Shown piece after piece: positions 24,563-37,774 of a stretch of DNA of 64,000 bases (the stretch's first letter is position 1; each line of letters begins with the position of its first letter). The notes beneath the pieces are model-generated. The model worked only from the letters and a program-made list of their open reading frames with translations, was not told the DNA's origin and made no database searches. Position numbers and translations under genes: made by a program. Origin of the DNA: Curvularia clavata (taxonomy: Eukaryota); assembly GCA_023920165.1 (NCBI GenBank), contig CP089280.1, positions 1,302,001 through 1,366,000 on the forward strand, read 5' to 3'.

Positions 24563-26592
24563 CTAAGACTGCTTGTCAGTGACAAACTCCTTCTCGCCGT
24601 GAGTAGAGCTGCCGCCGCTGCGGGGCTCCGCAACGCCCTCGGTCTGAGGCTCAGACTTCCAGAAGTCCATCTTTCCGCTCTTGAGCCTCTGCATCCATGG
24701 AGGGAAGAAACCGCCCTCGAGACGGTATGTCCAGTGCTCCTTCTCTTCCTTGTTTGGCGGGACAACACGACCGCCAGACGCAATCTCGAGCAGCCAGACC
24801 AGGGTGTTAATGAGAATGTAGGAGCAGATACCAGCAATCAAGCCGTATGCGATCGAGTAGGTGAAAGGCATGACTGCAATAGTGAGGAAAGCGGGGACGG
24901 AATCGCCCAGGTAGCGCCAGTTGATGTCCTTAGCCGAGGTAGCCATCAGGGAACCGACAATAACCAGCGTGCAGCCAGTAGCCCAAGGTGGGATAGAGGC
25001 AAAGATCGGCGCGAAGAAGATGGAGATGAAGAAGCAGATACCGGTGAACATGGCAGTCAGACCAGTCTTGCCACCCTCAGAAATACCGGCACCAGACTCG
25101 ATGTACGCGGTGACGGGAGGGCAGCCCATAAGCGAGCCAATCGAGATACCGAGAGCGTCCACAGAGTACGCAATGGAAGAGTTTTCGAAATCCTGAGTGC
25201 GTTCGTCAATGGCACCGCAGAAGCGAGCCATCGAGTAGAGAGTACCCGTGCAGTCGAGAATGTCGACGTAGAGGAAAGTAATGAAGGCAAGTCCCCATTG
25301 GCCAGCGTGCGCCGAGACATCCCATTCTTGGACAGTCAGGATCTTGCGAATTGGGTGGAAGGTAACAACCTGCTTGAAGAAGTCGAAAGCAGAGTCACCA
25401 AGCTCGGTGTGTGGGAAGTAGGTGACGCTGGTCGAGCGGGGCCACGAGATAATCGAAACAAGCAGAATGCCAATAATGATGGCACCCTTGACGCGGTAGA
25501 GCATCAGCATAACAGTCAGGATACCGCCGCAGAAGATGCCGATCCACATGGTTGGGCTCCTCATCTTGGCGCCTCCTGGGCAAACGCCGTCAACCTGCTC
25601 TGAGGCAACACATCCGGCCAACTCGAGAGGAGTGGACTGAGCACCCGTGATGAGACCGATACCAGCGGAGTAAGCGAGACCGATGATGGTAAGATAAAGT
25701 CCAATACCGACACCAGTAGCAAGCTTGATGCTTGCAGGGATAGCCCTGAACAGATAGTCAGTTTGGTGCTCTCAAACCAAAAAACTGGTCTGTGAGACAG
25801 AAGTTTGTTGTACAAGCTCTGTACTCGAGTACAGGAGACAAGTTGAACATCGTACTGACTCGGATTCACGTACCTTGCGAGCCACTGCCGGATACCAAGA
25901 AGGGTAAGACCAACAAAGACGAAACCCTCGACGAAGACAGCAGTGAGTGCAACCTCGTAGGGAACCATTCCTTCAAAATGAATTAGCAACGTTTCATGCA
26001 ACCCACTGGTACAACCATGGAATCAAAGGCCATCTGGTTGAGTGTAACATGGACGTACCGGTACCGTGAAATCCAACGACAGTGTAGGCAAAGTATGCGT
26101 TCAGTCCCATTCCAGGGGCCAGAGCAATGGGCATGTTGGCGAACAAGCCCATGCAGAAGGATGTCAAAGCGGAAATAGCAGCTGTCGCAGTAACCAGGTC
26201 GCGCTTAATCTCCTGGACGCACAGCGCATACTCGGCGTTGGTGTTGCAGATGGGGTCTTCAGGGAGTCCGGGACAGACGCATGTACCGCCACTGTCCGAC
26301 ACGATCGACGCTGTACATGACTATCAGATGAGGAGCGTCATTGACGCAGCGCAATTGACATACAGTTGACCGAAATGATGTAGGCCATGGCGAAAAAGGT
26401 CGCCAGGCCTGCGCGGAATTCCGTCGTGAAGTAACTGCCCTTGCGCTCCTTGGCCTGTGGACTAGTCAGTGCATGCTGGGAGACTGCGCTTTGGCGATAT
26501 CAGCGTACATGGCCGGAGCCTTCGAGGCGGAAATACTTGCCGACCGCAGAGCGCGCGACGGCAGTATTGATCTTATGGATCAAGCCGGACAT
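24563..26592 (-). CDS. azgA: AzgA-family (NCS2) purine permease, ~568 aa
   Basis: Five exons: 26592-26509, 26454-26364, 26310-26059, 25970-25874, 25745-24563. Motifs [74 protein letters not shown]. Confidence 0.94.
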
Positions 26593-29500
26593 GATGCAGA
26601 AATTTTAGCGATGACCGTGGGGGGGCGACTGAGAATTTGGAGGTTGTGTGTGGGAGAAGGCACTGCAGCGGGTACCAGTTGCCTTCAAGGGGACCAAGCT
26701 GCGAGAGTGATCGGCGTCGGCTCTGCCCTGTAGGCTGGGAGGGCAAACGGGCTTTTAAGTAGAATTGAATGCGGGTTACAGGATATAAGGGCTTCTAGCA
26801 TGTTGCCGCACCAAAAAGATAAGGGAAGGCGGCGAGGCCCAAACCCTGTCGCATTCGACGTCCCGCAAAGGACCAATGACCCATATCAGGACGATCAGCC
26901 TTTGCTCGAGTCGGGATAGCGTGACAGCCCACGCGAGTCCACATGGTGGTAAACTAGGGTGCCTCGGTTTTTTGCGCATGAAGGCGAGCGGCGCCGCTGG
27001 CTGGGTACAAGGTTGGGGAAGATTGGTGAGTGTGCCGCGCACCACCTGGCCAATACACTTTGGCAACCCCCAACATGCTTTTCCTAGGTCAGCCACAGCA
27101 AGCCGATCTCTATCTCTGCATGAGGGGAATGGCGGAGGCCGCCGAGCAGGCGTTGTCTGGCGTGCACACGACACTGGGGAGGTCGCCTCCGCTATCTGGG
27201 CCATATCGTCGTTATCAGCCAGGGCACTGCGACCCCAGAGCGCAATGGACCGATTGCAAATGGAATCCTGTCAAGAATTTTGTGGCTACGCCGGATGGGC
27301 CACAGCATCGAAATAAGGCGGATCCGGCCAAGCAACGGTTCACGGCGACCGCCCTAGTCGCGTTAATGGTTTTTTTCAGAGCCCCATGTGGAGATTTCCG
27401 ACCCTTCAGCGCGCCAACTCGCCGCGCCGGGTCCTCACCTGCATATGCTCGCCGTTGTCGCCTCTTGGGTGACGCACCCACGCCTGCTTGCGTTGCGGAT
27501 TTTGTACCACGGTCGTTGTTGGGCCCTCTTGCTGTGTGCTGTACTGAGCAGAGCAGAACCCGGCAGACAGACAAGGCTCCAGGGGTGGGCTTTGCGCTAG
27601 TCCCGATCGAGACCTTGATGCAGGCCAGAGTGGTTTGCCTGAGATGCTTACAACATGCACACACACACCTTCACATGCACTATCCTCATCCCCGGAGAAC
27701 AAATTCCGTTTCTAATTGCGCTATATATGGCTGTACACACATACATACTAGGCAGTTGGTTTGTTCTTCGGCATGGCGTCCACCCGCCCAGTTTGCGCTC
27801 CCCCGGGGAAGACGTCCAAACGAGAGCCGGTCGACGCTAGCTGGCACGCTACGTCTCATTGTTTTGTTTCTTCCTTTCTTGGATAGTCATTTCAATAACG
27901 CCTTCAAACATAGTACCTACATACGTACATTGCTTACATACAGACACGTCAGTCTGCTGTCAGCCATCTGTATGTAGAGGCGTGACCAGCGTGCGCTGTA
28001 AGGATGCGCAGTGAGTCGCAGCCGTCATGAAACAGGTTGCGAGTGCAGATTCTCAAACACACGTACATATACCGTAAACTTTACCAAGGTTGTCGTCGGA
28101 ACTATGTACAGACGGACATGAACCCACCTTCACGGTTAATGATATTACGACGAGCGTTTTTATGATTTCTTTGGGGCTCTCAAGAGAGACCAAGAATGCG
28201 GGCGCCAACCAACAGCCGTACCAAGACACACATAGAATCCACCATATATGCTAGGATGCGGGGGCTAGATCATTTTGTTACAAGCGATACCTGCGGCTTA
28301 CCCCTTACGCTAGGACATGCTATATGCACGACGCACCACTGTTGAGGGAAAAACAAAAAGAAAGTTGCATCCAGCTCCGTGGGATTTGGAGTCGGCAACC
28401 ACCTCGCAACACTTGCGAAAGCGAGACTCTCGACTAGCAGCTTTTGACAGAGTGGATGACGCCTTCATGAAGTTGTGGCATGCTAGTCTCGGTCTTCGCC
28501 TATATCGGTGGTTGATACTCACTTGCTATGGAGAGCCACACTTTTCTTCTTTCCGACCATGTCCATGGACTATACGAAAACAGGCTTGTCTCTGCAGACA
28601 TTCCCATGCTGAAGCATTGAGACTGGGCAGATGGCAATACCGTGCAAAGTCGTTGGATGAGGTATGTTCAAAGTTGTCTTCAACCCAGCAACGGCTAAGG
28701 CGAAGAAGTAAGTCGCAATCACTATGTTGGCGTATTTTACTGCGAGATTCAGCTCATTAGCCACACATGATCAGGGAGACCAATACGCTGTTCGACCAAT
28801 CCAAATCTTTGAGACTCAAGTGTGTAGCCCACTTACTATCTAATACGTTTCAGCCCACTTACTCGATCTCGCCTTTTGCAGCGTCCCAGCTGGACTTTGA
28901 CAGCCCCTATGTCATTGTTTTTCTCAGTCTTATGGGCTTTGCCAACTAAGAGATCCAACTCTTCAGACGTTTGTTGGTCTCCATTTTGGTACGAGTAGCA
29001 GATGTCACGGGGGGAGATCAAGCATGCGATTCTGCAATTCATACTTTTTTCCATACAGCTGGAACAATTGACAAGACTAGTTTCTACGAGTACCTCAACG
29101 TTGACTAACTACTTGTCCTGCAATCACTCCCAGCTATGCAGTGCCCTCTGAAGTACAGATCAGCTCTGGTTTTTTTGCTGTCCAACAAAACCAACACGAA
29201 GTTCAAATTTGCCAGACACGAAGACGAGGCGATTCTAATGCTCGTACTATGATGAGAGTCAGACCTGGGAATAAGATGCTAACCGTTATCAACTACAAGG
29301 TTCGCGCTGAATCGAATTGGCAAGATCGTCCTGTAGTTTCGGGCCGATTCGCAAATTCCTCGGAGACGATGTAATGGTATCCACATGCAACGGATTCTAG
29401 TCGTTGTGCGCATTTCCACATCTCATGGTCGCAGGATTCTTGCTAACCTCATCGCGAGCCGACGACTCTTAGAAAATTGGGCTCTGATCTCATAATCTAG

Positions 29501-29797
29501 ATCAGCGATAATTTCGCATAATTTGGCATTGAGGACGATAAAAGTTCCAGATGATGTCAAGGTCTCCGCGGCCAGAGAGCAAGAGCATAGGTGCTGCGGA
29601 GCACCACCGCCACACTTTCAAGCCACTTGATGATCAACAATGACGTATGTCCGACAGCAGCTCTGTAACCTTGGCTGTCGCGTGTGTACAGCTCTCCTGT
29701 ATACCGTCGATAGTCGAGACCCCATACGCATTCTGCTAGTTTGCTGCTGCTGTCGCTGCTGCTGCAACTGCGGACAGTCTCAGCCCGTCTGCCGACC

Positions 29798-31461
29798 ATG
29801 AGACACCGACTTACCGCGTTGGCCTCGCTCTCTCGCGTCAACACGCTTCCGACAGCACGCTGCGCACCCTTGTTCGCAGGCATTTGTCCTGTCATATCGA
29901 CACAACAGGGCATACCCAGACAGCTCCGATACCTGACGGACAGAAGCCGCTCCGAAATCGGGAAATATGGCGACTACTCGAACAGCAACGCTAGGCCTGC
30001 GGCTGAGCTGAACAACAACATTACCCAGGAGGAGAAGGACCATTTTGCACAAAAGCTTAGGGAAGACAAAAGCAAGCAAATACGCACGCCATGGCACAGA
30101 GAAGGCAGCGACCTGCCGCCTGTTGCGCGGCAGAGGAGCGCTGGAGCGATGACCAAGGGTATGCATCTGCCCGCTAGTGTAGAGGAATATGCTGTCTAAT
30201 GCAATGCAGGAAAGCTGCTAACCACACCGTCCCGGATGCTCAAGATCATTCTTCCCCTCACGACTAGTGACCAGAATAGCGACCGGAAGGACATGGAGCC
30301 ACTGGCACTCCTAGTGCATCCGCAGCAGCCCATCTCATACCTGGAGCGTCTTATACAGGCTGAGCTGCCTACTATCAAGGACAAGCAAGGCCGTGAGAGA
30401 CAGCCCAACGTATATTTTCGTGCCGAGGATTCTGTACAATCGGACGCAGAGCCAGGGGAGAAGGAGAAAACGCCAGTCAGCAGCGCTAATGAGAGCCTCA
30501 GTCAACAAGAAGGGGAAGAGGACTTTGAACAGGTGGACGAGATTCGGATTGATGGCAAGGTTCATCGAACGGGCAAACTAGGTACTCGGGACAGGAAGAC
30601 ACCAGAGGAAGCAGAGGAGCTACGAGGAGGGCCGGGCAAAGGGGGAGTAGAGTCGTACTCTGGTCAAGGACACGAAGCTCCGGCAGACAAGGAGGGAGAA
30701 CGCAGGTTTGTGCGCTGGTCATCGTCGACCGAGATTGGCGACTTTATTCGAGACGCAGCTCGGGGGCAAGAATTTGCGATCGACATTGAAGGTGCACCAG
30801 AAGAGATTCGGGTGGGTGTGCCGAGTTTCAACGACAGGACTTACTACCTACGGATGCGGCTACGCAAGTTATCGAAGAACATTAGCGCCATGGCCGATGT
30901 CAAGAAGAAGTGCGATGAGCTGGCACAGCTTGGAGCCAAGCGGGTGGCCATGGCTGGGTTTGGTGGTATTGTAGGGTGGTGGTGCGTCGTCTACTATCTC
31001 ACGTTTCAGACTGAGCTAGGATGGGACGTCATGGAACCCGTTACGGTAAGTTGCTCAGTCTTAGTCCGTCTGAGTTGTGTGCATGTCTAATATATGTGCA
31101 GTATCTTGTTGGTCTTTCGACGCTGATTGGCGGTTATGTGTGGTTCCTGTACCACAACCGCGAAGTCAGTTATCGTTCAGCGATGAATTTCACAGTGTCT
31201 CGCCGGCAGCAGAAGCTCTACCAGCAGCACAACTTTGATTTGCGCAAGTGGGAGACATTGATTGAAGACGGCAACGCGCTCCGCAAGGAGATCAAGGCCA
31301 TTGCCAACGAGTACGACGTGGAGTGGGACGAGCTACAGGACGAACGGGATGAAAAGGTGCAGCAGGCACTCAAGAAGGAGCGGCGGCGGAAGCAAGAGAA
31401 GAAGAAGAGCAGGGACGAAGATGACGATGGCATGGCGGACTCAAAGGACGAAAAGAGTTGA
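29798..31461 (+). CDS. mcu: Mitochondrial calcium uniporter pore subunit, ~518 aa
   Basis: Exons 29798-30158, 30210-31045, 31102-31461. Arg-rich presequence, [19 protein letters not shown], coiled coil and two TM helices flanking the selectivity filter WDVMEPVTY (DIME motif). Confidence 0.95.
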
Positions 31462-31800
31462 TAAGTCAGCAGAGACTACGGAGTTTGTTAGGCCATGGTG
31501 ATTGGGTGCATCGGGCATTTGAGCGCGGCGTTGCAAGAGGTGCATTGGGCACGGTATAGACACACCCCAACATGGTGTGCCAACGACTATAATAATAAAC
31601 TTTTTGGAGCTTACACACGACGCCCAGGTGGCAAAAACGGGAGCGCCCATCAGCAGACACGGTATGTATAATCGACGGGAGTTGGGACGAGCGCGTGGGC
31701 CAACGACGGGTGCTAATTTTATCCGCGGCGTCGTGTGGGGTTTGCAGGGCCTTGGACTGCCGCGCCGCTCCCACGGCACTCGCTCAGAGGCCTTTTCTCC

Positions 31801-31828
31801 TACTACTCTACGTGTACTACTCTACGTG
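31801..31828. repeat. Tandem duplication, 14-bp unit (TACTACTCTACGTG) x2
   Basis: Read directly in the intergenic region. Confidence 0.85.
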
Positions 31829-32289
31829 CTATACACCGAGACAAGGCTACCGGATGCAGAGACGGCTGGACTGGACCCGCGGACCGCAGCAAAACCACAC
31901 TTATGTATTCTCGACACACGGGACCGTGCAGCATGTGGAGACTGGCGACACCGGCCAGCAGGCCATGTTCTTTACTTAGCCGCCGACGTCTTGTCGACAG
32001 ACAGGGATGGTGCAGCGCGTCCCTGTCGCCGAGTGCATGAGGCGCCGCCCATTCGCTGGACAAGCAACAGACAAGACCGCCTCTGAACCTGTGTGCGCCG
32101 CCGTGATCTTCACTCTTCCACCGAACCCGAGCACAGCAGCATGACCCAGCACCCTTGTGCGCCATCGCCGCTGCACTCGCAGTCCCCTCTGCTCCATTCG
32201 CTACCGCCACTCTGCTCCAGCCGCTGAGCCCATACTCTTCTGGGCTTCGACACCAAAACCCACCGACACATTGACCCCGATTAGTCGCC

Positions 32290-35200
32290 ATGGCTTCAGA
32301 GCACCTCTACACTCCCGCGCCCGCCCCACCGCCCTCTCCCAGACTGCCTCCGCCGCCCTCTTCACCCCATCCTTCTCACCTCCAGGCTCCCCAGATATCT
32401 CCCAGGCGCTTCGCTGTGCAACCGCCGCTCCTCAACACCACCCTGGCGCCACCACAGCCCTCTGGTCCCGCCTATCTGCAAGGCTCGACCCCCGTAACCG
32501 CCTCGTCTTTGAGCCTGCCCTTCTCGCCCTCTCTCACGCCCTCGACGTATGCGCCGTCTCCTGTTGCGGCCCCTTCACCCATGGCCATGAGAGGCTCAGG
32601 CCCAGCCGCACCCTACAATCCGCAGCAATGGTCGCGGGGCGGGAGTGTCAATGGACAACATCTTCAGCATAGCCAGGTATCCGCGCCTTCGAGGCTGCAT
32701 GATGTGACGGGCATGGAAGGTATTCACAATCTCTCATTTTCTCTTTCTTCTCACATCCTCGTGCTATGTAGTAGATTCCGTAGACCTACTTTCCTTGTTG
32801 CCCTACTTCTCCCTCTGCCTAAGCATGCAAGAAATCCTGTGTCGAGCACGCCATGGCAATTGTGCATCTCCTCTTCAACATCGAGACGCTGGACGCGTGA
32901 AAATGTGTGATGCTAACGGTACCAGCCTCGATGCCTTCCCCACCACCTCCATATTCGCCTGGTCAGAACCCAAACATCTCGCAGTCCCTGACCACCAGCA
33001 ACACTTCCTCGCCTCAGCTCTCCGCCAACACGTTCCCACACCCACCCCCTCCCCCGCCACCGACCAGCAATCCGTCGTCTGCGCGCCCCATCTCAGGCTA
33101 CCACAGTCGGCCTACATCTATGGTTATACCTTCAAGCGCGACCAGCATAATATCAAACCAACAGTTCCCACCCCCGCCACCAAGAAACGGCCCGGGTCGG
33201 TCCACCTCGCGAGACAAACTAACCTCCAAATTCAGCCTTTCGTCTTTCAGGAATCGGAACAATGAGCACAGCCCTGGTCCGAGTAACATCGACTCGCTTC
33301 ACATTAGCACTTCAGATGCAATTCAGAGAGCACCGCCTTCCCCTGGGCTGGTCGCCCAGCGAGCTACTTCCAAGTACGTCCCTGACCAGACAAACTAGAT
33401 ATATTGCCCCAAGACTAACATCGAGACAGCTACATGGCAAACCCATTAGCGGACCGGCGGTACAGCCCAGACACCCACTCACCTATCAGACCACCCACCT
33501 CTCGAAGAGCAGCTTCTGCTGGCGTACCAGGCTACGAGACTCGGACTCCTATTGATGAATCACCCATTATTCCTCCGGGAAGCTGGAATCGTAATGTGCC
33601 ATTACCCCCACCTCCACCCGGACCCCCTCCCAGCAGTTCGAGATCGCAGAGTATGGGACCTGGTGCAGAACTGAGCTCCAGTCGAAACCCCGCTTTGTTG
33701 TCCTCGCCTCCAACAAGAAGGCCTGGTCAGACGTTACTTACACCCATCCCACCAACACCAATGGGTTGGCAGGATGAGTCTTCAAACCTTCGTCCAAGAT
33801 CCCCCGCAGCTCACGGCCTATACATTGACACAAGTCCCCCTACCGTTCGCCCTTCCGACCAACCTGCACCTTCTTCTGAGAGCGGGAGTGTGTCGATTTC
33901 GTCTGGGCCAACTACTACATCGGGATCGGGCAGCACGTTGTATCAGACCCCGAACAGACGCGATCCAAGTACACGAGGTATTCGCGAGCGAAGGAGTGAA
34001 AGTCGAGCTGCTCGGGAACAGCGAACTGAGCCAAGCAACAACCCATGGGCACAAGATTTGGAGACTGGAGCCGCAAAACCTGCCGATCTCGATTTGGGAA
34101 CACCTGAGGCTGGTTTGACCCGCCGTGGTGCTGTCACCAGAGGTACTCCAAGGAGCAGTGGGGCTCTTCGATCACCGAGAAGTGGTCATCTCTTCGATGA
34201 TCCTGGGTCAACAGACTCCACACCCCGAACCGATGCGCCTCCAAGATCTGCGCTTGCAGGTGCCCCGACGCCGCCTTTTTCGCCAGGTATGGATCATCTC
34301 AGTCGTTCAGCCCAGAAATCTCCAGTCCCGCTCCCTTCCAAAGCGCTACCCACCCCACCGCTCCATAGATATGGGGATGAAAGAGAAGCAGATCTGACTC
34401 GTCAATCAGAAGCTGCGAACGATCCCGCTATACATACGCCGAGCACCTCCCGAATTGGAGCCAATGATTCTGCAGTAACTACACCGAGACCAACGGGTAC
34501 CCATGCTTTTGCACGTGCCTCTATGGAACGCCATCGGCAGTTTATCGAAAAGGAAATGGCTGCCGAAACCGACCAGGAAAGGCTGGAGCTGTTTGCAGAA
34601 TTTATTGTGACGGAATCTCGACTGCGCCGGGATCGTTATTCCGGAGCTTTTGATACGATGGCTGGCGATATCATGGACTTGACGAGAGACTTGTGGCGTT
34701 CATATGGCAATTCTGGGCGTAGGTCAGTTACGCCAAACACGCAAAAAACTCAAGCTGGACATGTCAGCCAGAGGTCACAAGGCTCTGTCGCTGGCGAATC
34801 TCCTGATACCCGCTTCTCAAACTCGATGCCGACAACTGCTGCTAGTCCTGCATCGTCTACCGGCAACTTCACCCCTCACACAGAACCTGCTTCTCCTTCT
34901 AGTGCATCCAGCCAAAAAGCTCGGGATGCGTCTTGGATCAACAACTACCACCCTTCACTCTCACCTATTCCTAGCATGGCGATGAGTACTATCCCTGATG
35001 AGCAAGACTCCAGAGGTCGGTCCGCAAGCCGTTGGTGGGAGAGCGATGGTGGATCCTCTGGAATTGGTGGTGGTAGGAGGCTGGAGCGAAGTAAGAGGGA
35101 ATCCAAGTACATGAGTTTACCCAAGGAGGCTCGTGAGAGCTTGCAGTGGGCAGGCGAGGATGCCAACGCTCCAAGGCAGCGAGGCGAATCCAGTAGTCGG

Positions 35201-36619
35201 GCAGCGTATGGACCTAATGAATACCCTCCGGAGAAGGTTGGCCTACATGAGGAAGGCCAGCAGCAGTCAATACCACAGCAGCAGCAACAACAAGGCTATG
35301 GTTACTACCAGAGGTCTGCCACAGCAACTCCTGACCCCGATAAACTAGACGTGTCTAGGCTTGTCACTCTTCCGCCGCCGTACCCACGACATCATCCCGC
35401 GGTCAACAACAGCCATCCCGATTTGGCAAGCATCCGAAGCAGCTTGCGAACTCTCTCCGAATTCGAAGAAGTCAAAACTACCAAAGCGAAATTCAAGGCC
35501 AAAATCGAGGCACGGAAGGAGCAGGAGAACACATCTTTGTCTGACCGACGCGCACAACTGCGGTACAACATTCAAGACAACGTCCGGAACGGAGTCATGT
35601 CATTCGCCGACGCAGCCAAAGCAGAGGCAGACTTTGAGGGCCGTGAGCACCAAAGAGCTCAGGATGTGGTTCAGTGGATATTCGACACGTTCCAGGCAGA
35701 GGTGGCCAACCCGCTTCATGCCATGTTCTGCGAGCGCATCACCAAAGCTACAGCATCCATGGAGCATCTCAAAGGACGCTTGTCTAGCGAAGCGCAGGAG
35801 CCGAATCCCAACCAGACGCAAGAAGAGGGCGACGAAAAACCGGAGCTTTTGGAGATGCTTACCTTGTTGAAGTGGTTGTTCGAGGCACGTGAGCAGCTGC
35901 ACAAAGAGATGTTCGAGATGGAAGATGAGCGCAATGACCTCTACCGCGACATCATCGTTTTGCCTTATGTTCAAACCAAGAATGACCAAAAGGTAAAAGA
36001 GGCTACGACTTTCTTCCAACGAGATGGACAAGATCGTAAAGTTACGTTTGAAAAGGAAACGCTCAAGCGTTATGAAGACCTGATGAACGTCATCGAACAG
36101 AACGTCACGCGAGGAGTTGAGACCCAGCTCTCTGCTTTCTGGGATATTGCGCCTGGACTACTTGCTATTGTGCAGCAGGTTCCTCGAAACCTCCAGGGCT
36201 TTGGGGTTCTGGTCCCGCCGCAAGAGTACGAGGAGACGCCAGCATACCACGACTTCCCGCTGCAGTATCTCTACACTCTGCTTGCGCACGCTGGGCGCTC
36301 TGCATATCAGTTTATTGAGTCGCAGATTAATTTGCTATGTCTCTTGCACGAGGTCAAGACCGGCGTTATGACGGCAGGCTCACGACTTCTCGAGACACAG
36401 CGACTGCTTGAGGGCGAAGATTTGGCAGGAGTGAACCAAGAGATGAAAGCCATCCGGGCTGACGAAGAAAGGCGATTGACTGATGATTTGAAGGAGAAAG
36501 TTGGCCTGGTGGAGAGCCAATGGAACGAAGCACTGGGACAAGGCTTGGAAGACTGCAAACGACGAGTAGAGGAGCATCTCACGCGACAAGGAGGCTGGGA
36601 TGATACCCTACGAGAGTAA
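32290..36619 (+). CDS. Large uncharacterised fungal protein, ~1355 aa (Pro/Ser-rich N-terminal two thirds, helical C-terminal domain)
   Basis: Exons 32290-32719, 32926-33373, 33430-36619 join three consecutive ORFs in frame via canonical introns. Conserved-looking blocks RLELFAEFIVTESRLRRDRY, SRLVTLPPPYPRHHPAVNNSHPDL and YQFIESQINLLCLLHEVK. Confidence 0.85.
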
Positions 36620-37400
36620 TTGGCGAGTACGGATACACGATGTATGACATGGCTGGGCGTTTTCGTTTTTTTACTTCTCCACATTTTACGCAACGTATCG
36701 ATACCCGTTTGAGACCTGTTTGGGCAACCGTTGGATACAAAATTACTGTTTGACAGTTTTCTGACTATGACACGGATACGTCCGGTGCTTCCGTTTGACA
36801 GAACAGCTGTCCAGATCAAGTGAATGATGCGTGTATGTTGTGCAGTATACGATTGCTACCAGGAGTTATCTGGTCGACATTGACTGCCCCTGCCTTTCCT
36901 CGTATCCATCATGTACTTGGCTATCCATACTCCAAGCAATAATTGAGTTGCAAGTATTGCTCATGGACGGGCAAGGACGAATGGGAACACCTGTTACATT
37001 GCTTGTGGCCCAAACGCACTCTCTTACTTAGGTGAGTGCGTTATCTGACATGTGACACGCAGGATCCACAGCTGCGACGACTGTTACACTGGTCAGCAGA
37101 CGATGTCTATAGGCTGGGCGCAGAAGACGGCCATGACGCTGATTTTTCCTTGCCACTTTGTCGAGACGGCTGGCTCGCCCTTGGATTGCCATTGTCCGTC
37201 ATGCTGCAGGGCTCTTTCATTCACCGCCTTGGCTGCTCCGCCCTGAACGGGCTAGCGGGCGGTGCACGGGCCTGCCAAAAAAACGCCGCACACACCTGCC
37301 CATAAAGACTGACGACCTCGTTGTGTCTGCCACCTCCAACGCTTACCACCCCAACAACACTCACCAGCTCTCCCAGCCCCGGTTCCCAGCGGACCGTTCA

Positions 37401-37444
37401 TAACACAAAAAGAAACAAAAAAATACAGAAAACAACAAGAAAAG
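37401..37444 (+). promoter_or_regulatory. A-rich tract in the PAB1 5' leader (candidate PABP autoregulatory element)
   Basis: taacacaaaaagaaacaaaaaaatacagaaaacaacaagaaaag sits in an otherwise C-rich leader about 330-370 nt upstream of the PAB1 ATG. Confidence 0.6.
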
Positions 37445-37651
37445 CCCGTCCGACGACGAACCTCCGCCAACTTCTTCGTCCTTGTCCTGTCGCCTGCAAC
37501 CCGACAGACAATCCTGCTTCAGCCCCCCACCTTTTTCACTCCGAAGAAGGCATTCCCAGCGTGTCCGCAGCCAAACTGTGCTCTTGGACCGCTTTCTCCC
37601 ACGTCTGCTACCCCGCACACATCTCTTGTTGCAACTTCTAGCAAGGTTTAG

Positions 37652-37765
37652 GTGAGTGTCCTAAACTTTTTTGCGAAGCGAGCGCACCTGCCCAAGTCAC
37701 GCATGCGCGCCCGCCCGCAATATTCAGACTCTTTCTCCTCTGTCCACTAACACCTTGCCTCCCAG
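37652..37765 (+). other. 5'-UTR intron of PAB1
   Basis: GTGAGT donor at 37652, ACTAAC branch at 37746, CAG acceptor ending at 37765, 9 nt before the ATG. Confidence 0.7.
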
Positions 37766-37774
37766 ATAGACACC

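Noticed and set aside
24554..25603. 349-aa antisense ORF over azgA (similar cases over KGD1, stu2 and the DUF1992 gene)
   Set aside because: Shadow ORFs on the opposite strand of well-supported genes.
27030..27977. 315-aa plus-strand ORF upstream of azgA
   Set aside because: GTG start, GC-rich promoter sequence and no protein-like composition or motif.
29741..29797. Possible non-AUG N-terminal extension of MCU
   Set aside because: Produced by a CTG-rich tract. The ATG at 29798 has good context and begins a typical presequence.
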